NCBI GenBank assembly: GCA_964367355.1
Contig: CAYIWY010000007.1
Span: forward strand, 37,961-82,253
Length of the DNA stretch: 44,293 nt
Direction: 5' to 3'
Source of the DNA: an uncultured Gammaproteobacteria bacterium
GTDB lineage: Bacteria; Patescibacteriota; Microgenomatia; Woykebacterales; RBG-16-39-9b
Shown: positions 10,510 to 18,277 of the stretch, in pieces
Layout: each line of letters starts with the position of its first letter
Position numbering within the stretch: the first letter of the stretch is position 1
Translations under genes and position numbers: made by a program
Notes under the pieces: model-generated
The model's database searches: none
Told to the model about the DNA's origin: nothing
What the model saw: only the letters and a program-made list of their open reading frames with translations

Positions 10510-10662
10510 CCAAGTCGCTCGTATACGTCGACAACTCCTTCGATAAATCGGAGTCAAACACGTCCGACTTAATAGCTCGCTTGGTTGAATTTCTTTTAGA
10601 CGCTTACTTGCAACGGTGGTTAGTGAAGCGAGAATCTGGTACACGTGCTTGTAACGGCGGTT

Positions 10663-11472
10663 ATGAAAGATAAAACCATGGATTCTGCCTTGAAAGTGAA
10701 ATATTCAACAATAATCGCTGCTTTACTGCTTATCTTTAGCACTAACTTTGCTTTTGCTCAGATTAGTGATCAAATTGCCTACAGCGTCCAGTTAAATAAT
10801 CCGGACGCCTCTACTGGTCAAATCGTTAGCCAAACAGATGGGAAATATGCTCTTTCCACCAAAGAATATGATAGTGGAGTATATGGTGTGATAGTCAATG
10901 ATCCAGCAGTCTCGTTAAATCAAATTACAACCACGACAAAATATGTTGTTATCAACGGCCAAGCGAATGTGAGCGTTTCCAAGAAAAACGGCGACATCAA
11001 AGAAGGCAATTTAATAACTACTTCAAAAGACCTCGGAATAGGTCAAAAAGCTACAAAATCTGGACACGTACTCGGCAAGGCGCTGAGAGATTTTCCAAAC
11101 GAGACTGACAAAGGTGAAATTGGCAGTATTCCCATTTTAATTAATGTTAACTACAACCAAGTTTCCGCCCAATCTGAAAGTTTGACCCAAACCGGGCTTG
11201 ACCAAGTAACCAAAAAAGTTTCGTTGGCACTAGTCTCAGGAAATCTGCCGGATTTGCTCAAATATGTCTTTGCTCTCTTATTGGGATTAATTAGTTTCTT
11301 TGTTGGTCTTTACCATTTTGTAAAAAGCAACCGGACCGCAGTTGAGTCAATTGCCAGAAATCCAATGGCGAAGCATGATATCCAAAAGCAGCTGGTTATT
11401 GGAACTGCTGGCATTTTGGCGGTTTGTGGTATTGGTTTAGCAATTGGGGTTTTGATTCTGTTTTTCCTTTAG
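10663..11472 (+). CDS. Secreted beta-domain protein (paralogous to the fibre C-terminal domains) fused to a C-terminal F-ATPase c-subunit-like helical hairpin that has no membrane carboxylate
   Basis: The track ORF is 10645..11472 (GTG start). An ATG at 10663 (or 10678) gives a cleaner signal peptide, ..IIAALLLIFSTNFAFA/Q. The last 75 aa (nt 11245-11469) form two hydrophobic helices joined by AVESIARNPMAKHDI, which matches the R-(Q/N)-P loop of c subunits. The middle region (about nt 10852-11155) aligns with the C-terminal domains of ORFs 27969..32960 and 41313..42752. Confidence 0.75.
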   Translation: MKDKTMDSALKVKYSTIIAALLLIFSTNFAFAQISDQIAYSVQLNNPDASTGQIVSQTDGKYALSTKEYDSGVYGVIVNDPAVSLNQITTTTKYVVINGQANVSVSKKNGDIKEGNLITTSKDLGIGQKATKSGHVLGKALRDFPNETDKGEIGSIPILINVNYNQVSAQSESLTQTGLDQVTKKVSLALVSGNLPDLLKYVFALLLGLISFFVGLYHFVKSNRTAVESIARNPMAKHDIQKQLVIGTAGILAVCGIGLAIGVLILFFL

Positions 11473-11497
11473 AGGAGAAGGTTTATAGGAGGAAATT

Positions 11498-12097
11498 ATG
11501 TTGACAAACATTTTAATTTTTATTGCAATACTTACCAATATCGTGACTCTAGCTTTAGTGTATTTTCTTTTCAAAAAAAGTACTGAAAGTTCAAATACGA
11601 TTAAAACCAACGCTGCGTTTTTGGAAAATACTGAGAAGCAAATCGAAAGCTTGCAAAACCGTTTTAAAGAATCGTTAGAAAACATTATATCCAAAGACTC
11701 TTTAATGATCGAAAATACATCAAGTAACATCATCAAATACTATCAAGATACGGTCAATTCCCTGACCGCAAATTACAACTTCAACAGTCAAAAGTTGACG
11801 GAAAATCTAAACCTGGAGCTGAAGAAACGAGTCGATCAGTTAGCCACAATCGTAGCCGAGCAATCCGAGGAATCAAAAAAAGTTTTCAGCAGTGAAATAC
11901 AAAAAGACCTTGTCTTAATCAAAAGAGATTTGGCCAATTATAGTCAAGGAAAGTTTGCCCAAGTCGATGCTAAAGCTTATCAGATTATCTCGGAAACTGC
12001 TAAGAATACTGTGGGTAAAGTTATTAATATGGTCGATCACCAAGAGCTGGTTATGCAAGCCTTGGACGAGGCTAAAAAGGATAAGTTTTTTGGATGA
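11498..12097 (+). CDS. atpF: F-type ATPase subunit b-like (single N-terminal TM helix plus a long coiled coil)
   Basis: AGGAGG lies 5-10 nt upstream of the ATG. N-terminal helix ILIFIAILTNIVTLALVYFLF is followed by charged helical sequence. The stop overlaps the start of the delta gene (ATGA at 12094). The call rests on position in the operon and overall architecture, because the sequence itself is divergent. Confidence 0.6.
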   Translation: MLTNILIFIAILTNIVTLALVYFLFKKSTESSNTIKTNAAFLENTEKQIESLQNRFKESLENIISKDSLMIENTSSNIIKYYQDTVNSLTANYNFNSQKLTENLNLELKKRVDQLATIVAEQSEESKKVFSSEIQKDLVLIKRDLANYSQGKFAQVDAKAYQIISETAKNTVGKVINMVDHQELVMQALDEAKKDKFFG

Positions 12098-12597
12098 AAA
12101 AAGAATTTACGTTATTTACCACGGCAGTTTATGACACTAAAGGTTTATATCGCTTGATTGACCAGATTACCTCAATCAACAAAAACCTTTATCACAATTT
12201 GCCGGGAACGATTGTTAGTAAAACTAAAGGTCTTCTCGCGCCAAGTTTAGAGGCGATCTTTGGTTATATAGAAGAGGCGGGTTTAGAACCAGAAGGTGAC
12301 GGTGCCCAAAAACAATTTTTAGAACAAATCGTCACTGAATTAAAAGCAGTTCCACTGGTCAAGATAACCTTGGCTTTTGAACCGGATGATAGTTTTACCT
12401 CAAAACTAAATGAAACGATCAGTGCTCAGGCAGGGCAAAAGGTAATACTCGACATCAGTGTTAATCATCATATTGTTGCGGGAGCAGTGGTTGAGTACCT
12501 AGGAAGGTATAAGGACTACAGTTTGGAACCAAAAGTTGACCAGTACTTGAAAGAAACGGTTAAGAAAGAGATGTTAACCGAAAAGGAAAATATCTAA
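12094..12597 (+). CDS. atpH: F-type ATPase subunit delta (OSCP)
   Basis: 167 aa, located between the b and alpha genes. The C-terminal segment VILDISVNHHIVAGAVVEYLGRYKDYSL fits the delta/OSCP pattern (..GGi.v..g....D.S). Confidence 0.7.
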   Translation: MKKEFTLFTTAVYDTKGLYRLIDQITSINKNLYHNLPGTIVSKTKGLLAPSLEAIFGYIEEAGLEPEGDGAQKQFLEQIVTELKAVPLVKITLAFEPDDSFTSKLNETISAQAGQKVILDISVNHHIVAGAVVEYLGRYKDYSLEPKVDQYLKETVKKEMLTEKENI

Positions 12598-12619
12598 TTT
12601 CCACTCCGGGGGTGGAAAT
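12597..12619. repeat. REP-like hairpin (atttccac-tccgggg-gtggaaat) between atpH and atpA
   Basis: 8-bp perfect stem starting at the last base of the atpH stop codon. Its arm and loop are related to the hairpins flanking the RAYT gene. Confidence 0.6.
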
Positions 12620-12643
12620 ACGAGGCTAAAGAAATTTAAACAA

Positions 12644-14113
12644 ATGAAAGATTTCAATACATATTTAAAAGAAATTGGTGAAGTTGGCTACGTCGAGTCG
12701 ATCATTACTTCAGTTTTTTATGTCAACGGCTTGCCTGGAGCGAAGCTGAACGAGCTGATATTAGCGGAAAATGGTCAGATAGGGATTGTTCAAGGTATTT
12801 TGCCAGAGCTGATCGAAGTCATGCTTTTTCAAGGTGAGGGTTTAACTCACAACATGAAAGTTGCCAGAACCAATGAAATTTTTGAAATGCCCGTATCAGA
12901 AGATTACCTCGGCAGGATTATTAGCCCTTTTGGGACGGTGCTTGACGATCAGGGACCGATAAAAGGGACTTTTGTTAACTATCCAATTGATCCTAAAGCT
13001 CCCGGAATAAACGCCCGTAGTCGGGTTAATACCCCTATGGAAACTGGTTTGATGGCGGTTGATATGCAAGTTCCGATTGGCAAGGGTCAAAGAGAGTTAA
13101 TCTTGGGTGATCAGAAGACCGGCAAAACTACCTTTGCAATTCAAGCAATTGCCAATCAAGTTCGGGCCGGCGCAGTTTGTGTCTACGTCTCGATCGGTAA
13201 GAAAAAGTCAGATTTAAAATTTGTCCAAAAATCACTTCAAGAAATGGATGTTTTGAAAAGTACGGTGATTATTTCAGCTTCAGCTTCGGACCAAGCACCG
13301 TTGATTTATTTATCACCTTTTGCCGGATTGTCCGTGGCTGAATTTTTCCGCGATCGGGGACAAGAAGTTTTAGTAGTTTTTGATGATCTGACCACTCACG
13401 CCAAATTTTACCGCGAGACTTCTTTGATTTCGCGCCGCACTCCAGGTCGGCAAAGTTACCCGGGGGACATCTTCCATCTGCACGCCCGCCTTGTTGAACG
13501 CGCCGGCAATATTAAACTTCAAAACGGAAAAGTTGTCGCAATTACACTTTTGCCAATCGCTGAAACTCTCGAAGGCGATTTGGCCGGCTACATTCAAACT
13601 AATTTAATGGCGATGACCGACGGTCACGTCTTTTTTGATATTGCTGAAGCCAAGAAAGGTCGGCATCCGGCCGTGAGTTTCACTCTTTCGGTTTCCCGAG
13701 TCGGCAATCAGACAAAAACTCCACTCGAGCGAGAATTAACCGGTCTGATTACCGAAAAACTAACCGCTTACCGCAAAGCTGAAGAGGTTAGTCGGTTTGG
13801 GGTTGAGCTGACAACACAGACTTTGCAGGCACTGGATAGCGGCGAAAAATTGATCGCGCTTTTTGATCAGGAGAGTCAAATTGTTATCCCCAAACCGCTG
13901 CAACTGGTTTACCTGGGGTTGTTTTTTGGTGGAGCCTGGAACCGAAAAACGAGTAAAGAAGTCAGAGTCGAGAAAATTCGTTTGTTTGGGGAATATTTAA
14001 CCGGCAGGTTTGGTAATTTACCAGTGGAAGCTAAACTCAGTAACTCACTGAAGGAATTAGTTACTCGAGTGACCAGTTTCTTTAAGATACCGGAAGCAGC
14101 AAAGGCTAAATAA
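12644..14113 (+). CDS. atpA: F-type ATPase alpha subunit
   Basis: Walker A GDQKTGKTTFAIQAI. Also EFFRDRGQEVLVVFDDLTTHAKFYRETSLISRRTPGRQSYPGDIFHLHARLVERA, which tracks the canonical alpha motif (..YFRD.G...L...DDLsK.A.[31 protein letters not shown]). Confidence 0.95.
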   Translation: MKDFNTYLKEIGEVGYVESIITSVFYVNGLPGAKLNELILAENGQIGIVQGILPELIEVMLFQGEGLTHNMKVARTNEIFEMPVSEDYLGRIISPFGTVLDDQGPIKGTFVNYPIDPKAPGINARSRVNTPMETGLMAVDMQVPIGKGQRELILGDQKTGKTTFAIQAIANQVRAGAVCVYVSIGKKKSDLKFVQKSLQEMDVLKSTVIISASASDQAPLIYLSPFAGLSVAEFFRDRGQEVLVVFDDLTTHAKFYRETSLISRRTPGRQSYPGDIFHLHARLVERAGNIKLQNGKVVAITLLPIAETLEGDLAGYIQTNLMAMTDGHVFFDIAEAKKGRHPAVSFTLSVSRVGNQTKTPLERELTGLITEKLTAYRKAEEVSRFGVELTTQTLQALDSGEKLIALFDQESQIVIPKPLQLVYLGLFFGGAWNRKTSKEVRVEKIRLFGEYLTGRFGNLPVEAKLSNSLKELVTRVTSFFKIPEAAKAK

Positions 14114-14985
14114 TGTATTCAAAATCTGATTTAAAAAAATATTCTGAAGCAGTGGCCACCATAAAATCCATCACCCGGGTTTATGAAGAGGCGGCTGCAC
14201 GAAGAATCAAATTAATTCAAGTTTCAGTGGGGAAAGTGACAGAGTTTATTGGCGACGCCGCCGATACCTATATCAACGTCAAGTTTGGGGTCGTGGCGGA
14301 TCAAAAAGCTAAGGGCGGAGTGCAAAAAAATATTTTAAGTAAAAGCTTCCGTCCAAAAACAAAAAAAGGAGTTTTGGTTTTGATTTCATCGCGTGACCAA
14401 TATTTCGGAAATCTTATCCCCAACCTTTTTCGTGAATGGAAAGTCGAGATGGTGAAAACCGGGTTTGATGGAATTATTTTAGGTAACACTGGTAAACGAT
14501 TGTTGGATAAAACCGATTTTGTGCCAAAAAACTTAAAGACCCTTGACTTAGACGACAACAATCCAGACTGGAATCTGGTCAGTCAGGTTGGTAAGGAAAT
14601 CGGAATTTATGAAAAAGTAATTATTTTTCACGGTCAATACAAGACGGTTTTGAATCAAGTTGCAACTCGCGCCGATGTTTCCGAGACAATTACAGTTGGG
14701 CAAGTCCAAAACGTCAAGAGATACCTTTTTGAAGCCAATTCCGATTCGATTCTGGCCTTTTTTGAAGAAGCAGTGATCAACGCTATGTTGCAGCTCAAAA
14801 TTTATGAATCACAAATCGCCCGCTATGCCGCCAGAATAAAAATTTTGGAAATCGGTCAGGTGGCTGAAAAAATGAGCCAAGTGATTGGGGACCTTTCTCG
14901 TGGTAAGCGCAAGGTACGGAAATCTTTGTCGAATAAGAAACAGCTCCAGCTTTACACCGGAGTAGATCTTTGGAGTGGAGGTTAG
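14113..14985 (+). CDS. atpG: F-type ATPase gamma subunit
   Basis: 290 aa, between the alpha and beta genes. Its start overlaps the alpha stop (TAATG). Both termini are helical, as in gamma. The sequence is divergent. Confidence 0.8.
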   Translation: MYSKSDLKKYSEAVATIKSITRVYEEAAARRIKLIQVSVGKVTEFIGDAADTYINVKFGVVADQKAKGGVQKNILSKSFRPKTKKGVLVLISSRDQYFGNLIPNLFREWKVEMVKTGFDGIILGNTGKRLLDKTDFVPKNLKTLDLDDNNPDWNLVSQVGKEIGIYEKVIIFHGQYKTVLNQVATRADVSETITVGQVQNVKRYLFEANSDSILAFFEEAVINAMLQLKIYESQIARYAARIKILEIGQVAEKMSQVIGDLSRGKRKVRKSLSNKKQLQLYTGVDLWSGG

Positions 14986-15112
14986 ATATGAACCATAGGT
15001 TATCAAAACTTAAAGTAATTGTTTTTTCATTCTCGGAAGAAAGTAAAAAACAGCTGCAGCTTTATACCGGGGTTGATTTATGGGGAGAATAGTAGCGAAT
15101 TAAGAATTATTA

Positions 15113-15137
15113 AATGTACACCTCCGAGGTGTACATT
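15113..15137. repeat. REP-like hairpin (aatgtacacc-tccga-ggtgtacatt) between atpG and atpD
   Basis: 10-bp perfect stem. The arm tgtacacc is identical to the arm of the hairpin immediately upstream of the RAYT gene. Confidence 0.7.
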
Positions 15138-15147
15138 GGAGGAATAG

Positions 15148-16521
<1,374 letters not shown>

Positions 16522-16527
16522 CAACAC

Positions 16528-16545
16528 GACAAGGACGGGCCTTGG
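16528..16545. repeat. Copy A of the caagg-N5-ccttg palindrome family (gacaaggacgggccttgg), between atpD and atpC
   Basis: The core caaggacgggccttg is identical to the copies at 40388 and 41186. Its 3' arm runs into the GGAGGA Shine-Dalgarno sequence of atpC. Confidence 0.6.
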
Positions 16546-16553
16546 AGGATAAA

Positions 16554-16865
16554 ATGGATATTGATGTAACAAAATTATCAACTGCTTCAAAATATAAGAT
16601 TGATCGACTGTTTGTCACGGTCTATTTAACTGATAAACTCGAAAAACCGGGCTTTAAAGGTTTCGCCAAATCCTTAACTTCGTTTGATAAAAAAGGAACA
16701 TTTGATGTTTTACCAATGCATGAAAATTTTGTCACTGAGTTTTCAAAGAATTTAGAAATAATTCCTGAAGAAGGGGAGAAGGTCTCTTATCAGAATTCAA
16801 CCGGAGTTATTGAAGTTGCCAATAATGTTGTCAGGGTTTTTTTGGAGGAAAAAAATAATCAATAG
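16554..16865 (+). CDS. atpC: F-type ATPase epsilon subunit, short form (beta-sandwich only)
   Basis: The track starts at TTG 16542. An ATG at 16554 sits 5 nt after GGAGGA, so I prefer it. GTFDVLPMHENFVTEF matches the epsilon motif G.fgiLp.H.p. At 104 aa it has no C-terminal helical hairpin. Confidence 0.75.
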   Translation: MDIDVTKLSTASKYKIDRLFVTVYLTDKLEKPGFKGFAKSLTSFDKKGTFDVLPMHENFVTEFSKNLEIIPEEGEKVSYQNSTGVIEVANNVVRVFLEEKNNQ

Positions 16866-17005
16866 ACAACTATCTGTTACAATACTATTTTCGCGGGCCG
16901 AAAACCGTGGATTCTTAATCCACGGACGAAGGCCAAAGAAAACGAAACTTTAGAGATGAAACCGAGGATTTTAACCCTCGGAGGTTCATTAATTGGAGGT
17001 TTATT

Positions 17006-17446
17006 TTGAAAACTGATGCGCAACTGCTAAAAACATTTAAGATCGAAAAGCTAGAAAAGAATATTATTTTTGTTGAGATGTTTGGTTCAGAAAGCGAAGA
17101 TGCTAACAATGGTCGTCAGGCGGAACTCGTTTCCGAAGCAATAATGAAAGTTGTCAACCAAGATCCAAAAACACTATACAATTTTTTGGTTGACATGACG
17201 CTTACTGGAACTGTTAGTCGTATTTCCCCACATGCCAAAGAGGTTTATATCAATTTATCCAAAATTTCAAACCAAGACAAAGCTGCAGTTATTGGAAACA
17301 ATTTAATGCTGGAGGTTTCGGTCAACCTTTTGATGCAAGCTACTGGTCGAGGCAGCAGTTTCAAATGGTTTAAAGATCGGGAGGAAGCATTGGAATGGTT
17401 GAAAACAGAAGTATCTACGACCGCGAAAACACCTAATTTTCCATAA
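17006..17446 (+). CDS. STAS/SpoIIAA-like fold protein (low-confidence family call)
   Basis: TTG start 6 nt after GGAGG. 146 aa, with an alternating beta/alpha pattern and a C-terminal FKWFKDREEALEWLK typical of STAS-like (DUF3478-type) proteins. Judged by eye only. Confidence 0.4.
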   Translation: MKTDAQLLKTFKIEKLEKNIIFVEMFGSESEDANNGRQAELVSEAIMKVVNQDPKTLYNFLVDMTLTGTVSRISPHAKEVYINLSKISNQDKAAVIGNNLMLEVSVNLLMQATGRGSSFKWFKDREEALEWLKTEVSTTAKTPNFP

Positions 17447-17512
17447 ATATATTGCAGATCGCCAAAACTAACCACCAAATTGCTAGCACTAACAGCTAAG
17501 ATTGCTAGTCGT

Positions 17513-17533
17513 TGTCCATCCCCGGAATGGACA
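17513..17533. repeat. REP-like hairpin (tgtccat-ccccgga-atggaca)
   Basis: 7-bp stem followed by tttt. The arm resembles the tgtccac arm downstream of the RAYT gene, and the loop is the reverse complement of the tccgggg loop at 12605-12611. Confidence 0.55.
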
Positions 17534-17588
17534 TTTTCTCCACAAGTAAGGTTTAATTTGTTGTCGAATCGTGGTATAGTTTTTTTAT

Positions 17589-17711
17589 GAAGCTCCCTCG
17601 ACCTTACGGTCGGGGTATCTTCTCCCCACGCTTCGTCGGGAGCAGAATCCCTCCGAAGCGAAAACATCTTCGCTTTCATCCGCGGGCTTACGCCCGGGGT
17701 ATTTCGCGAAG
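17589..17711. other. GC-rich block of three consecutive hairpins (candidate structured RNA or compound repeat); strand unresolved
   Basis: H1 17589-17622, H2 17629-17660, H3 17668-17711. H1 and H3 share the inner unit cg(a/g)(c/g)c-ttac-g(g/c)(t/c)cggggtat. On the minus strand both loops read GUAA, a GNRA tetraloop. Confidence 0.35.
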
Positions 17712-17757
17712 GGGGATAAAATGCCGAAAGATTATTAACTTGAGTTAGGGGAAAATT

Positions 17758-17825
17758 ATAGCGCTCTAAAGACCGATGTTTTCCAAAAGATAAGAAAAAT
17801 AGCGCTCTAAAGACCGATACTTTCC
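17758..17825 (+). promoter_or_regulatory. Two perfect 20-nt direct repeats (atagcgctctaaagaccgat, 41-nt period) just upstream of the receiver gene
   Basis: 17758-17777 and 17799-17818 are identical. The flanks also match (aaaat before, (g/a)(t/c)tttcc after). The second copy ends 21 nt before ATG 17839. Confidence 0.5.
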
Positions 17826-17838
17826 TTAAGAAAGAAAA

Positions 17839-18210
17839 ATGACAAAAATTTTAATAGTTGAGGACGATATCAGCCTATTAAATCTTTACAACGAAGTATT
17901 AAAAAAAGAAGGTTTTGAAATTGAGCTAGCTGACGACGGTCAGCAGGCTTTACTAAAAGCTGAGACGTTTATTCCAGATGTGGTCTTGCTTGATCTAATG
18001 CTGCCGTATATTGATGGTTTTGAAGTTCTGGAAAAACTAAAATCAAATCCAATCACAAAGGACGCTAGGGTAATAGTTCAGACCAATCTTGATTCAGAAA
18101 TCCAAAAAGAAAAAGCGCTTAAACTTGGAGCCTCTGAATTTTTAGTAAAATCAGACGATAATCCAGGAAGTTTACTCAAAGAAATCAAGAAACTCCTCGC
18201 AATATATTGA
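17839..18210 (+). CDS. Single-domain CheY-like response-regulator receiver
   Basis: KILIVEDD...VVLLDLMLPYIDGFEVLEKLK...VIVQTNL...K. 123 aa with no output domain. Confidence 0.9.
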   Translation: MTKILIVEDDISLLNLYNEVLKKEGFEIELADDGQQALLKAETFIPDVVLLDLMLPYIDGFEVLEKLKSNPITKDARVIVQTNLDSEIQKEKALKLGASEFLVKSDDNPGSLLKEIKKLLAIY

Positions 18211-18237
18211 CAAGGCCCGTCCTTGTCAATATTTTTT
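18204..18237 (+). terminator. Copy B of the palindrome family: atattgacaagg-cccgt-ccttgtcaatat plus a T-run. It resembles an intrinsic terminator and also reads as TTGACA-N17-TATTTT
   Basis: 12-bp perfect stem that includes the receiver gene stop codon (tga 18208-18210), a 5-nt loop, then ttttt. The same bases give a consensus -35 hexamer (18207-18212) and a -10-like tatttt (18230-18235), 43 nt upstream of ATG 18278. Confidence 0.5.
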
Positions 18238-18277
18238 GGGTTTGATTAGTTACGTTGTTTCCTCTAAAATAGAAGTA

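Noticed and set aside
10436-10640. Resemblance of ..ctggcagcgtaag.. to the TPP riboswitch and of ..ggtggtta.. to a T-box.
   Set aside because: The other obligatory elements (CUGAGA for TPP; specifier loop and the full AANNNGGGUGGUACCGCG for a T-box) are absent. The downstream genes are not the kind these riboswitches control.
10387-10673. Track ORFs 10387..10644 (minus) and 10470..10673 (plus) in the atp leader region.
   Set aside because: They overlap each other and have no Shine-Dalgarno sequence or recognisable motifs. The region is dominated by self-complementary segments, so I treated it as a candidate RNA leader instead.
16905-16925. tRNA-like anticodon stem-loop (gtgga-ttcttaa-tccac, loop with CTT).
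   Set aside because: Flanking sequence has no acceptor, D or T arm (no GG in a D-loop context, no GTTC-type T-loop). It is only an isolated hairpin.
17245-17679. 144-aa minus-strand ORF in the track.
   Set aside because: It overlaps the 3' half of the better-supported STAS-like gene on the opposite strand and runs through the GC-rich hairpin block. The translation is low-complexity with no recognisable motif.
17753-17826. Possible minimal CRISPR array (direct repeats with a spacer).
   Set aside because: There are only two repeat copies of 20 nt with a 21-nt gap, no cas genes and no leader. The position directly upstream of a start codon fits a regulatory repeat better.
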